Below the pieces are notes generated by a model. It was not told the origin of the DNA. It did no database searches and worked only from the letters and a program-made list of their open reading frames with translations. A DNA stretch of 64,000 bases, taken from an uncultured Chloroflexia bacterium. Lineage in GTDB: Bacteria > Chloroflexota > Limnocylindria > Limnocylindrales > CSP1-4. The translations under genes were made by a program, and so were the position numbers. The stretch lies in contig CAVURB010000003.1 of the NCBI GenBank assembly GCA_963743815.1, positions 169,504 through 233,503 on the forward strand, given 5' to 3'. Shown in pieces: positions 10,193 through 22,503 of this stretch; position 1 is the first letter of the stretch; each line of letters begins with the position of its first letter.

Positions 10193-10222
10193 GTAACCCG
10201 TTTATTGGGTCTAATGGGTTAC
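10193..10222. promoter_or_regulatory. inverted repeat GTAACCC-N16-GGGTTAC in an AT-richer divergent promoter region
   Basis: Perfect 7-bp arms read directly. It lies between the minus-strand small ORFs and the CGNR gene. Additional GTAAC(C) copies at about 10236 and 10246. Confidence 0.4.
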
Positions 10223-10267
10223 TTACGTAATGTATCCGCTTGCGCGTAACCTGTCAACCGTACTAAA

Positions 10268-10963
10268 GTGGTTATCACGATGTTGACAAATGACCTGCCT
10301 CCGGCCTCCCGCGGCCATGCCCACGACGTTCGGTTGGAGGACACCTTCGACTTCCTGAACACCGACGACACCGAGAACGGTTTCCCGCTCGAGAAGTTGC
10401 CGACGCTCGATGTCGCGCTGAGTTGGTTCGTGGACCGCGGGGTGATCCACGGCGAAGGCGCCGATCGATTGCGGGCTCAGGCGACCGCCGACCCGGTGTT
10501 TGCTGCGAGGGACCTCGCTCGGATCCACGTCGTCCGCAGCGCGCTCCGCGAGGTCGCCGATGCCATCGTCGAGCACCGCCCGCCGCTGCCCGGCGCCCTC
10601 GATACGGTCAATCGGACCCTGCACGCCCGCCAGGTGATCGAGCTCGTCCCGTCATCTGACGGCTACGTGGCCGTGGATCATCGCCATGTGGGTGACCCGA
10701 TCGACGACGCCCTGGCCCGCCTCACGGACCCGCTCGTGACCGAGCTCGTCTCCGGTCGGCCGGAACGGATCAAGATCTGTGATAACGACCGTTGTCGGTG
10801 GGTCTTCTACGACACCTCACGCACGAGCCGGCGTCGATGGTGCGACATGTCCACCTGCGGCAACCGCGCCAAGGCAGCCCGCCACCGGGCGCGCTCGAAG
10901 AGTGCCGAATCCGCCCCGGCGGAGGGCCTCACGCTGACCGAGACGCCGGTCGCGACCGCCTAG
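10268..10963 (+). CDS. ABATE-domain / CGNR zinc-finger protein
   Basis: C-terminal CDNDRCRWVFYDTSRTSRRRWCDMSTCGNRAKAARHR is the CGNR zinc-finger signature. The start could instead be ATG 10280. Confidence 0.85.
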   Translation: MVITMLTNDLPPASRGHAHDVRLEDTFDFLNTDDTENGFPLEKLPTLDVALSWFVDRGVIHGEGADRLRAQATADPVFAARDLARIHVVRSALREVADAIVEHRPPLPGALDTVNRTLHARQVIELVPSSDGYVAVDHRHVGDPIDDALARLTDPLVTELVSGRPERIKICDNDRCRWVFYDTSRTSRRRWCDMSTCGNRAKAARHRARSKSAESAPAEGLTLTETPVATA

Positions 10964-11904
10964 ACGGACCCTCGGTCCAGCATGGGCCGGACCTCGGTCG
11001 CCAGGCGCGTCATCAATTCCTCGTCGTACGGCGACGGGAATCCCGCGATCAGGTGTCGGTACCCGATCTCGAGGAACGGGGCGATGATCGCCGCGACGTC
11101 CTCGGGGGTGCCCACTGGCTGATCGGTCCAGAGGCGAGCGCGGCCATTGCGCACGAACATCTCGCGCTGGACGCGTTCCGCCTCGGCCCGGGAGTCGCGG
11201 ATGATGACCGAGCCCAGCCCCGTGGTCCGCTCGATCTCCGCCGGGTCGCGGCCCACGGTCTCGCAGTGCTGCACGAGGATCGCGTCCTTGCGCTTCACGT
11301 TCTCGAGGCCCCCACCGACGTTGTTGGCATCACCGTATTTGGCGACCAGTTTGAGCGTGACCTGCTCGCCGCCGCCACCGATGAGGATCGGCAGCCGTTC
11401 CTGGATGGGCGGCGGATCGTTGCGGACGGCCTTGGTCGCGTAGCGCGGGCCCGATGCCGTGGGGCGCTCGCCGTGGAGCATCCCGCGCATGATCGGTAGT
11501 GCCTCACCAAGCCAGCGCAATCGCTCCGGGAACCCGTCACCGAACTGCAGACCGTAGGCCTCGTGCTCGGTCTCGAACCAGGCGCCACCGATTCCCAGGA
11601 TGGCGCGACCACCGGAGATGTGGTCGAGCGTCGTGGCCATCTTGGCCGTGAGGGCGGGCTCGCGGAACGTGTTGGCCCCGACCATCAACCCGATCCGCAC
11701 GTGCTCCGTGGCCTGCGCCCACGCTGCGAGCGTCAGCCAGCCTTCGAGGATCGGTCCGTCATCGCTTCCGACGATGGGGTACAGGTGGTCCCACGTCCAT
11801 AAGGTGTCGTAGCCGAGTCGATCGGCGCGGACGCCGGCCTCGAGCAGGGAAGGCCAGTCGGTGTACTGGTTCCAGCAGAGCGCGCCGAGTCTGACCGATG
11901 CCAA
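10960..11904 (-). CDS. LLM-class F420-dependent (luciferase-like) oxidoreductase
   Basis: 314 aa with TLWTWDHLYP...ILEGWLTLAAWA...RIGLMVGANTFREPALTAKMATTLDHISGGRAILGIGGAW..., typical of the LLM/F420 family. Confidence 0.85.
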   Translation of the reverse strand: MASVRLGALCWNQYTDWPSLLEAGVRADRLGYDTLWTWDHLYPIVGSDDGPILEGWLTLAAWAQATEHVRIGLMVGANTFREPALTAKMATTLDHISGGRAILGIGGAWFETEHEAYGLQFGDGFPERLRWLGEALPIMRGMLHGERPTASGPRYATKAVRNDPPPIQERLPILIGGGGEQVTLKLVAKYGDANNVGGGLENVKRKDAILVQHCETVGRDPAEIERTTGLGSVIIRDSRAEAERVQREMFVRNGRARLWTDQPVGTPEDVAAIIAPFLEIGYRHLIAGFPSPYDEELMTRLATEVRPMLDRGSV

Positions 11905-12047
11905 GCGAACCTCCTCGTGGGACTTCGGCTTGCCAGCCTACAGGACCATCAGCCGACCACGGCCGCCGCTCCGTCCGGATCCGGGCCTGCTCGATGCACT
12001 ACCTTGTCCGGGCGACCATCCGTCGCGGTTCGTAGCGGAGGCACACC

Positions 12048-12849
12048 ATGGCCGACCACTCCATCGAGACACTGCTGGTCCGGATCACCGAGCTTGAAGG
12101 GCGACTGGAGGCGACGACGGTCGCACCGGCCCGACCTTCATCGAGACGCCGCCGAACCGTGCTCGTCGCCGGGCTCCTCGCGCTCGCCCTGCTGGTCCCG
12201 GTCGGGGTCTTCGCCTCGCATTCGTTCACGGACGTGCCGGAATTCCAATACCTTCCACACGCAGATCGGCCGGGTCGCCGGTGCGGGGATCGCCGCTGGC
12301 TGCACCCCGACGACGTACTGCCCGAATGCCGAAGTGTCCCGCGGCCAGATGGCCGCGTTCCTCGCCCGTAGTGCGGGACGGGTCGCAGTCGACGACTTCG
12401 TCAGCGTGCCACTCTCGACCACCGACACCACGCTCGCCACGGTCAGCATCAAGGCGGGCGACGTGACCGGCGGGTACGCCAACATCCTCGTCGAGGGGAC
12501 GGCGAGCGCCGTGAACGGCTCGTTGGCGAGCTGCCCTTGTGGCACGGTCTTCTTCCTCGCGGATCCCGGTCAACCAGATCGGCTGGCCGGCGTACTCGCT
12601 CCAGGTCGCCGGGAACGGATTCGGGAGCGGCGTCGGCTCGGTCGCCCTGAACGCGGTGGTCACCGTCCCCACGGGCGTCGCACAGACGTTCGTCCTTCGG
12701 GGCTTCGAGACGCTCGGAACGGCCGCGGCGACGACGGTGTGGGCACGCTGACGGCGACCTACATCCCGTTCGTCGGTGACGGCACGAATGCCCTCGTGCC
12801 GGTTTCCGCCGAGATCGATGTCGATCCCGTGGCGCAACCCCGGGACTGA
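12048..12849 (+). pseudogene. membrane-anchored SLH-domain surface protein, interrupted by three frame breaks
   Basis: Coiled-coil plus TM N-terminus in frame 3. SLH-like block FTDVP/NSNTFHTQIGRVAGAGIAAGC...YCPNAEVSRGQMAAFLARS in frame 1. Then frame 2 (NQIGWPAYSLQVAGNGFG...) and back to frame 1 (GTLTATYIPFVGDG...). Breaks at about 12238, 12566 and 12744. Confidence 0.6.
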
Positions 12850-12866
12850 CGCGTAGCAGACCGTAC

Positions 12867-12901
12867 CGATCGAGCTCCGGCCCTCGGCCGGGGCTCGATC
12901 G
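12867..12901. terminator. bidirectional hairpin between convergent genes
   Basis: CGATCGAGC-tCCGGCCctcGGCCGGg-GCTCGATCG: a 9-bp outer stem plus a 6-bp inner stem. Confidence 0.5.
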
Positions 12902-12930
12902 TCGACCCGGGCCGACGCCGACTCGGTTCG

Positions 12931-13309
12931 TCAGGGACAGGGCACGCCGGGCGCGGCTCGCGGCGCCAGCGCCGGAAGCTCGACGCGACCTACGCTGAGC
13001 CGGACGACGCCGCACGGCACCTCGGTGGTCGAGACGCCGCCGCCGGACACATCGGCGTCCCCGAAGCCCCAGCGGGCGAGGCGCGCCCGGATGCCGTGAA
13101 GATCTCTACCAGATGCGGGGCGGCACCCGGCACGGGTACGGTCGCCTGCGCGTCCGCCGCGTACGTGCCGACCCATGCACCGTCCACGTGAACGGCGACA
13201 GGGACGTCGGTCAGGTTCTCTAGCTGCATCTCGGTGGAGGCCGCCGGGACGCAGGCGGCGAAGAGCCACGCGAGCCCCGCGCACGCAAGGAGCGCCGTGG
13301 ACCGCGCGA

Positions 13310-13313
<4 letters not shown>
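12931..13313 (-). CDS. small secreted/lipoprotein-like hypothetical protein coupled to leuS; probable frame break near 13095
   Basis: GTG 13313 overlaps the leuS stop (GTGA). N-terminus [21 protein letters not shown] looks like a signal/lipobox. The reading appears to switch into the 12931-13284 frame. Confidence 0.35.
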
Positions 13314-15890
<2,577 letters not shown>

Positions 15891-15945
15891 ACGCTTCACC
15901 CCCCGCCGTCGGCGAGGGGTGATGGTCGGCGGTGGACACATGTGC

Positions 15946-16021
15946 TGGTGGAGCTACGGGGACTCGAACCCCGGACCCCCTGCATGCCATGCAGGTGCTC
16001 TCCCAACTGAGCTATAGCCCC
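15946..16021 (-). tRNA. tRNA-Ala (anticodon GGC), CCA encoded
   Basis: Reverse complement is GGGGCTATAGCTCAGTTGGGAGAGCACCTGCATGGCATGCAGGGGGTCCGGGGTTCGAGTCCCCGTAGCTCCACCA. It folds as a cloverleaf by hand, with G3:U70 and anticodon loop AT-GGC-AT. Confidence 0.93.
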
Positions 16022-16075
16022 ACGGGAGCGGGATTGTAGCAGAGGATCGTGCGGGGACCGGCCCGTGGTTTGGCG

Positions 16076-17443
16076 TCAGCGGCTGCCTGCCTGGTCCGCC
16101 CAACCGGCGAACACCCCGCCGATCCCGCCCCATCCCTCCGCATCCGGATCGGTCGGGACGGACAGGACCTGCCCATCGCCCAGGTCGATCGCCAGGCGGG
16201 CGTCGTCGCTCGAGATCCCCAGGATCCGCGGGTCGCCGATGTCACCCATCGTCACGATGGTCTCGAAGCCGTTCGCGTCACCGTGGCGGAGCTGGACGGT
16301 GCCGTTGGATCCGTCAGCCGCGGCGCGCTCAACGAGGATCCAGGTACCTTCGCGGCTCGCGTCCCAGCGAACGTCGGCGATCACCTCGCCGTCGGGCACG
16401 ATGTACCACGTTTCGCCGGCCTCGCCTGGAACCTCGGCTTGCAGGCGGCAGCCGGTGCCGTTGCCGTCGGGATCGACGCTCTCGCACCCCACCACGAGGA
16501 CGCGGCCGCTCGCGTCGAACATCCGCGTGTTCCCGGTCGGATCGGCGACGTTCCACGGCAGTTCGGGCTGGAACGTCCCGTCGAGCGCGAGGATGCCGGA
16601 CGGAGGATCGCTGAGGTTGTTCCACGCGCTGAGGCCGCGCCCGTCGAGGGCCCACGCCTCGTCGTCGGCCGGACCTGCGGGCACCACGAAGATCCCGTCC
16701 GGGACGTTCACGGTCGCCCACTCCGGCGACACGAATGGTCGGACGATCGTCACGCCGTTCGGGTCGATGATCGCCAGCTGGCCATCGGGACTCCAAGCGA
16801 CGCCGTTCGAGCCGATCCCGGCGTCAACGTCGAAGCCCCGCGGTTCCCGCGTCTCGTCGAGCAGGTCGTAGACCACCACGCCGCGCTCCTGGTCCGGGTC
16901 GGCGGCATCCGCGAGCGGGACCGCAAGGTATCCGTCGTGGCTGATGCGCGCCGGATCGTCGGAGGGGACGCGACCCTCCGGAAACGGGGCACTGAAGATG
17001 GTCGGGACCGACTCGATGTCGCGCAACAGGTCCACCTCCAGCGTGATCGTGCCGTCCGCTTCTGGTCCGATCCGGACGATGACGGCCTCATCGCTGCGCC
17101 CGAGGGCCGGACGATCCGGGTCGGCCGTCACCGCCGGCTCGGCCGGCGTCGGCTCGGCGGTCGGGGCGACGTCGGACGGCGTGGGCGCGGAGATCTCCGG
17201 CGAAGGCGTGGAGTCCACGCCGACCACCGGCAAACCGAGCCATCCACCCCCGAACACGACGATCGAGCCGACGGCAACGACGACGACCGCCACGGCGGCG
17301 AGCGCGAACCGTCGACCGGCCCGCTCTCTTCGTCGGAGAGCCAACCGCCGGTCAAGCTCGGCATCGGTGATCGTCAGCGGCAACGCGTCGCCTTCGGCAC
17401 GCAGCGCGGTCCGGAGTTCGGTCTCGAGTCGCGTGTCATGCAT
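16076..17443 (-). CDS. single-pass membrane protein coupled to the ECF sigma factor (putative anti-sigma factor) with a large extracytoplasmic domain
   Basis: ATG 17443 overlaps the sigma stop (ATGCATGA). Short cytoplasmic N-terminus, TM FALAAVAVVVVAVGSIVVF, a Pro/Thr linker, then about 350 aa with SPDG/WD-like strands. Confidence 0.6.
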   Translation of the reverse strand: MHDTRLETELRTALRAEGDALPLTITDAELDRRLALRRRERAGRRFALAAVAVVVVAVGSIVVFGGGWLGLPVVGVDSTPSPEISAPTPSDVAPTAEPTPAEPAVTADPDRPALGRSDEAVIVRIGPEADGTITLEVDLLRDIESVPTIFSAPFPEGRVPSDDPARISHDGYLAVPLADAADPDQERGVVVYDLLDETREPRGFDVDAGIGSNGVAWSPDGQLAIIDPNGVTIVRPFVSPEWATVNVPDGIFVVPAGPADDEAWALDGRGLSAWNNLSDPPSGILALDGTFQPELPWNVADPTGNTRMFDASGRVLVVGCESVDPDGNGTGCRLQAEVPGEAGETWYIVPDGEVIADVRWDASREGTWILVERAAADGSNGTVQLRHGDANGFETIVTMGDIGDPRILGISSDDARLAIDLGDGQVLSVPTDPDAEGWGGIGGVFAGWADQAGSR

Positions 17444-17975
17444 GGGTCGTGGCCTCCCCGAGGCTGGCGCCGAGTGGGTCGGCGAGGTGGATGCGAAGGC
17501 GATCGAGCGCGGTCTGGAGCTGCGCCTTGATGGTGTTCGGGCTCTTGCCGAGGGTCGCCGCGACCTCATCGACCGAGAGGTCCGCGTAGTAGCGCAGGAC
17601 GACTGCGGCGCGCATCTGGACTGGCAGGTCCGCGATGCCGTCGAGCAGCGCGATCCGCGTGGCGCTTTCGCCGCCGATGTCGCCGGCGGCCGCGCGATCG
17701 GGCACCGTATCGAGCCGAACCACTCGCCCGGATCGTCGCCGCGTCGCCAAGGCGTGGTTCGTGGCGACGCGTAGGAGCCAGGTCCGGAGGGCACGCTCGT
17801 CGCGGATCGTGCCGCCCTTCTCGAACGCCGTGAGGAGGGTCTCGATGACGATGTCCTCGGCCTCGACGCGGTCGCGCAGGATCAGGTACGCAACGGCCTG
17901 CAGCTCGCGGCCGTAGGCGTCCAGGAGGTCGGCCAGCGTCTCGGGTCGCCTCCGACGCAGCGCCTCGACGGTCAT
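17436..17975 (-). CDS. ECF-type RNA polymerase sigma-70 family factor
   Basis: Distal 179 aa of the 416-aa ORF. Region 2 is AYLILRDRVEAEDIVIETLL...WLLRVATNHAL. Region 4 is LPVQMRAAVVLRYYADLSVDEVAATLGKSPNTIKAQLQTALDRLR. Confidence 0.88.
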   Translation of the reverse strand: MTVEALRRRRPETLADLLDAYGRELQAVAYLILRDRVEAEDIVIETLLTAFEKGGTIRDERALRTWLLRVATNHALATRRRSGRVVRLDTVPDRAAAGDIGGESATRIALLDGIADLPVQMRAAVVLRYYADLSVDEVAATLGKSPNTIKAQLQTALDRLRIHLADPLGASLGEATTHA

Positions 17976-18111
17976 CGGTCCATGCCCCTCGGCCCTCGTT
18001 GGCGACCGATGGGTCCGGCCGCTTCGAAGGATAGATGCGTGGCGACGTCGAATTCGGGCTAGTCGCGTGCGTGATTCGCCGGCTGTCGCTGGTGCGCGTG
18101 GCATCATCCGC

Positions 18112-19743
18112 ATGATGACGGCCTTCGACCTGCTCCTGCGCGGCGGCCTCCTGGTCGATGGGACCGGCGCCGCGGCACGACCCGCCGACGTCGGCGTCAT
18201 CGGTGATCGGATCCTGGCGGTCGGTGACCTCTCCGACGTGAGCGACGGCGAGGCGGCCGCGACGATCGATGCGACCGGACACGTCGTCGCGCCCGGGTTC
18301 ATCGATCCGCACGGGCATTCGGACGGGTCCGTCTTCGTGGACGGTGCGCTGATCAGCCATCTGCGCCAGGGGTTCACGACCCAGCTGTCCGGCAATTGCG
18401 GCGACACCCTCGCGCCGATCACCGATCGCGGTCGCGAGCTCGTGGAGCTGTCCCTGCGGCCGCACGACCTCGTGGCGCGCTGGCGCTCATTCGGCGAGTA
18501 CCTGGACGCGGTGGGTGAGCTGGGGCTGGGTCCCAACGTCGCCTTCCTCGTTGGGCACGGCACAGTACGCGGATCCGTCCTGGGGGCGGAGGCGCGAGAG
18601 CCTGACGATCTGGAACGACGGGCGATGGTGCGCGAGGTGGAGGCCGCGATGGACGCCGGGGCGTTCGGGCTGTCGTCGGGGCTCATCTATGCGCCCGGGA
18701 TGCACGCGGGCCCCGATGAACTGGCGACCCTCGTGACCGCGGCGACGCGTCGCGGCGGCCTGTATGCGACCCACATGCGTGACGAGACGGCCGGGGTGTT
18801 CGATTCGATCGCAGAATCGATCGCGACGATCCGGGCCGCCGCCGACGCGGGCGTGGAAGCGGCGCGCCTGCAGGTCTCGCATCTCAAGTGCGGCGCCGGC
18901 GCGGTGTGGGGGCGGGCGGCTGAGGCGATCGCCCTGCTCGAGGCGGCGCGAGCCGAAGGCCTGGATGTCGCGGCCGACCAGTATCCGTATACCGCGGCCG
19001 CGACGACCCTCGCCACGATCGTGCCGCCGGCCCTCCTCGGGCTCGGCGTGGAGGCGTGCGTGGCGGCGCTCGGCGACCTCGATGTGCGAGAGATGGTCCG
19101 CGCCGAGATCGCCCGCGGGATCTCCGGGTGGGAGAACGTTGCCTCCGATCCCGGCTGGGATGGGATCGTGATCTCGTATGCCCCCAGCCACCCAGACTGG
19201 AGCGGCCGGTCGCTCGCCGAGCTGGGTACCGCGCTCGATTCGGACCCGATGGACGTCGCGTTCGATGCGCTCGTGGATGACCAGCTGGACGTGTCGATCG
19301 TCATCCACTGCATGTCCGAGCCGGACGTCGAGGCGATCATGGCCGTGCCGTGGATCGCGGTCTGCACCGACGCCGAGGGCCGTCGGCCCGGTCACCCGAT
19401 CCTGGACAACGGGAAGCCGCACCCGCGGACGTACGGCACGACCGCGCGGGTGCTTGGCTCGTTCGTCCGCGATCGCGGCGTCCTGGGTCTCGAGACGGCG
19501 GTGGCCAAGCTCTCGTCCGTGCCGGCCGCGCGCCTCGGGCTCCGCGACCGCGGCGTCATCCGCGAGGGTGCCCTGGCTGACCTTGTCGTCTTCGACCCAA
19601 CGACCGTCGCCGACGTGGCGACGTACGGGGACCCCGCCCGCCACCCGACCGGCATCGAGCACGTCGTCGTCAACGGCCGACTCGCCGTCCAGGGCGGGAA
19701 CGAGACCGGGGAACGGGCCGGGCGTCTGCTCCGGCACGGGTGA
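18112..19743 (+). CDS. N-acyl-D-amino-acid deacylase (D-aminoacylase, amidohydrolase superfamily)
   Basis: FDLLLRGGLLVDGTG...GVIGDRILAVGDL...IDATGHVVAPGFIDPHGHSD, a typical D-aminoacylase N-terminus, plus the C-terminal LADLVVFDP...V.VNG block. Start taken at ATG 18112. Confidence 0.85.
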   Translation: MMTAFDLLLRGGLLVDGTGAAARPADVGVIGDRILAVGDLSDVSDGEAAATIDATGHVVAPGFIDPHGHSDGSVFVDGALISHLRQGFTTQLSGNCGDTLAPITDRGRELVELSLRPHDLVARWRSFGEYLDAVGELGLGPNVAFLVGHGTVRGSVLGAEAREPDDLERRAMVREVEAAMDAGAFGLSSGLIYAPGMHAGPDELATLVTAATRRGGLYATHMRDETAGVFDSIAESIATIRAAADAGVEAARLQVSHLKCGAGAVWGRAAEAIALLEAARAEGLDVAADQYPYTAAATTLATIVPPALLGLGVEACVAALGDLDVREMVRAEIARGISGWENVASDPGWDGIVISYAPSHPDWSGRSLAELGTALDSDPMDVAFDALVDDQLDVSIVIHCMSEPDVEAIMAVPWIAVCTDAEGRRPGHPILDNGKPHPRTYGTTARVLGSFVRDRGVLGLETAVAKLSSVPAARLGLRDRGVIREGALADLVVFDPTTVADVATYGDPARHPTGIEHVVVNGRLAVQGGNETGERAGRLLRHG

Positions 19744-20516
19744 CGGCACACGTGCCGAGCGTCGAGGAGCGTCAGGTCGTCGCGCACCTGGCGGGCGGCC
19801 CGGTCCCGTACACGCTGCGTCACTCACCTCGGGCGCGCGGCGTGCGCGTCGTCATCCACCCGGCCCGCGGCGTGGTCGTGACGGTCCCCGCGACCCGGGC
19901 CGGTCGCACGGACGGTGAGCGGCGAGCGGCCGCGTTCCTCGTGGAGCGCGAGCCGTGGGTCCGTCGGCATCTCGCGAAGCAGGCCGAACTCGCGGCCATG
20001 ATCCGGGCGCGAGGTGGCGCTCGCGACGGGGGACAGGTCCCGTTCCTGGGCCAGCTGCGCCGGGTCCAGGTGGTGCCCGCGGTGTCGGGCGTCCGCAGAT
20101 CGGACGTCGCGCTCTTCGCCGATGCGCTCGTGATCCACCGGGTCGCCAGCGATCGCCGGTCCGATGCCGCCATCCTCGAAGGGTGGTTGCGCGGGCAGGC
20201 CGCCGAGGCGATCCACGCCGCCATCGCCGACCACGCGCCGGCACTGGGCGTGACGCCGGCCCGTGTCACGTTCCGCGACCCACGATCACGCTGGGGGAGC
20301 GCGTCCCGGGCGGGTCGGCTGTCGTTCTCGTGGCGCCTGGTCCTCGCGCCACCCGACGCTCTCGATACCGTCGTCATCCACGAGCTCGCCCACCTGCGCG
20401 TCTTCGGGCATGGCGCGGACTTCTGGGCGCTCGTGGCCTCGCGCCGGGCGGACTACCGGACGTGGCGCCGCTGGCTCCACGACCATGCCACCGAGTTGCA
20501 CGGCGCTCTCGGCTAG
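19740..20516 (+). CDS. M48-family / YgjP-like (DUF45) metal-dependent hydrolase
   Basis: HELAHLRVFGHGADFWALV (HExxH plus downstream motif) and FSWRL. The GTG start overlaps the upstream stop (GTGA). Confidence 0.8.
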   Translation: MTAHVPSVEERQVVAHLAGGPVPYTLRHSPRARGVRVVIHPARGVVVTVPATRAGRTDGERRAAAFLVEREPWVRRHLAKQAELAAMIRARGGARDGGQVPFLGQLRRVQVVPAVSGVRRSDVALFADALVIHRVASDRRSDAAILEGWLRGQAAEAIHAAIADHAPALGVTPARVTFRDPRSRWGSASRAGRLSFSWRLVLAPPDALDTVVIHELAHLRVFGHGADFWALVASRRADYRTWRRWLHDHATELHGALG

Positions 20517-21230
20517 TTGGGCAGCCCGCGCGACGGGTCACCGAGGGCGACGACCGCCGACCCGGTCCAGCGCAGCGGCTCGACGTCGAGCTCATCGTGG
20601 GCGCCGTCGGCAAGGGCGTGCCAGACGCCGGCCGCGAGGTCGATGTCGACATCGTCGGGGAGCGAGACGAGCGTGTTGCGGACCGGCGCGAGCAGCAGCC
20701 GCGGATCGGGGCCCAGGATCGGGCCGAGGGCGTCGGGGAGCAACAGGAGCGACGAACCCCAGCCGTGGCCCTGGACCCCGACCAGGCCGACGCCCGTCGA
20801 ACTCGAACCGCTGGACCTGTGGCGGTTCACGGACGATCAATCGGTGGAGGTTCTCGAGTGCGGTAACCAGCAATGTCGCATGGTCCACACCCCAGCCGTC
20901 CAGCATCGCGGCCGAGACGTGACTGAACGCCGGACCGAGGTCGATGCCAAACCCGGTCCAGATACCGGGCGGCACGTGCAGGTGCAGGGGTGCCGCCTCG
21001 GAAGGGTACGGGTGGCGGGCCCGCTTGAGCACCGGCAGGATCATCGGGGCGATCTCGTCCCATGGAGCCGCCACGTCGAGCCCTTGGATGGCCGCGAGCA
21101 CGCTCTCGAAGGTCGTCGGGTCAACGACGCTGTGCACGACGCGCGTCGGGATGCGCTCGTCGCGTTGTCGCCGGCCCTTGGCCTTCCGGTGGGCGCGGCG
21201 TTCGCCCTTGGCCGTCCTGGTCGTCTTCAT
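20513..21230 (-). CDS. hypothetical protein, one apparent frameshift near 20793
   Basis: N-terminus MKTTRTAKGERRAHRKAKG... in the 20592-21356 frame. It continues after ...QVQRFEFDG in the 20513-20830 frame (VGLVGVQGHGWGSSLLLLPDALGPILG...). Confidence 0.5.
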
Positions 21231-21381
21231 GCACCCATCCTCGCGATGGGCCCTCACCCGGGGATTGCGCGCGACTTCACCCGGAGTTAGCTGCGCGGCG
21301 CGCCCTCCGCGGTGGCAAGCCACGAGCCGGGACCTTTGACACATTCGTCGGGGCACGGAGCCTGAAACGGCTCGACGTGGA

Positions 21382-21457
21382 TGGTGGAGATGAGGGGACT
21401 CGAACCCCTGACCCCCGCGATGCGAACGCGGTGCTCTCCCAGCTGAGCTACATCCCC
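21382..21457 (-). tRNA. tRNA-Ala (anticodon CGC), CCA encoded
   Basis: Reverse complement is GGGGATGTAGCTCAGCTGGGAGAGCACCGCGTTCGCATCGCGGGGGTCAGGGGTTCGAGTCCCCTCATCTCCACCA. G3:U70, anticodon loop TT-CGC-AT. Confidence 0.93.
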
Positions 21458-21582
21458 ACGGGCGTCGGAGTGTAGCACGAGGTCACGGCACGCCCGACGG
21501 CCGACCCTCGCGGCGTCGGGGTCCGCGTCCCGGTCCACGCGACCTGCGTCCGCGCCACGGAACGCGCCATTAGGCTCCCCCG

Positions 21583-22503
21583 ATGCCCATCGGCCTGCTG
21601 ACCGGACTCGGCGCCGCCCTCGCCTGGGGCACGCTCGACATCTTCTCGGCCCTCGCGAGTCGCCGGATCGGTTCCCTGAAGGTGACGACCGGGATCCAGC
21701 TCATCGGGGCTGCGTTCGTCATCACGGTCGCGTTCGTGTCCGGGACGGCCTTCCCGACCGACCCCGGCGTCATCATCGGTGGCGCGTTCGTGGGCCTTGC
21801 CGGTGCGGGCGCCTATCTCGCCTACTTCACGGGCCTGCGCATCGGCCCGATCGCGGTCGTGAGCGGGATGGTCGCGGCGTATGGCGGTCTCACGGTGGTG
21901 CTGGCCGTGCTCATCCGCGGCGAGACCCTGACGACGATCCAGGCCGTGGGCGCGGCGGTTGCCACGATCGGTGTGATCCTGACCGGTGTCCACTTCGAGG
22001 GCGGGTGGCGTGGCACCAAGTTCGCCAGTCCGGGAGTGATCTTCGCGGTGGTCGCCCTCATCCTGTTCGCCACGATGTCGATCGGGAGCGACATCGTCAT
22101 CGATCAGGCCGGCTGGCTCCAGGTGCTCCTCGTCTCGCGCACGACGAACGCGATCCTGAGCGTGCTGATCCTCGTCGCCGCGGTGACGGTCGCACGACGG
22201 ATCGCCCAGCCGGTGCTGATCGGCGAGGACGGCACGGACGGCAGCGGCGACGACCTCCCGCGCTGGGACGCTCGCGTGGTGGCCCTCGTCGTGCTGGCCG
22301 GGTTCCTCGATGTCCTCGGACTCGTGGTGTTCATGTACGGGCTCGAGGTCGCCGAGACCTGGCTCGTCGGCCTGGCGTCGTCCTTCGGGCCGGCGGTGAC
22401 GATCCTGGCCGCCGTGGCATTCCTCGGCGAGCGCCTGCGGCCCATCCAGTGGCTTGGGCTTGCCGGCGTGCTCACCGGGATGATCGCGATCGGGTTGCCT
22501 TAA
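21583..22503 (+). CDS. EamA/DMT-family transporter
   Basis: 306 aa with about 10 TM helices in two EamA-like halves (LAWGTLDIFSALASRR..., FLGERLRPIQWLGLAGVLTGMIAI). Confidence 0.8.
   Translation: MPIGLLTGLGAALAWGTLDIFSALASRRIGSLKVTTGIQLIGAAFVITVAFVSGTAFPTDPGVIIGGAFVGLAGAGAYLAYFTGLRIGPIAVVSGMVAAYGGLTVVLAVLIRGETLTTIQAVGAAVATIGVILTGVHFEGGWRGTKFASPGVIFAVVALILFATMSIGSDIVIDQAGWLQVLLVSRTTNAILSVLILVAAVTVARRIAQPVLIGEDGTDGSGDDLPRWDARVVALVVLAGFLDVLGLVVFMYGLEVAETWLVGLASSFGPAVTILAAVAFLGERLRPIQWLGLAGVLTGMIAIGLP

Noticed and set aside
15891-15945. T-box or other leader upstream of leuS.
   Set aside because: The 55-nt spacer between tRNA-Ala and leuS is too short. It shows no specifier or T-box sequence.
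16076-17794. 572-aa ORF read as a single protein across the sigma/anti-sigma junction.
   Set aside because: The upstream 117 codons are an alternative frame of the sigma-factor gene. The real start is the ATG at 17443, which overlaps the sigma stop.
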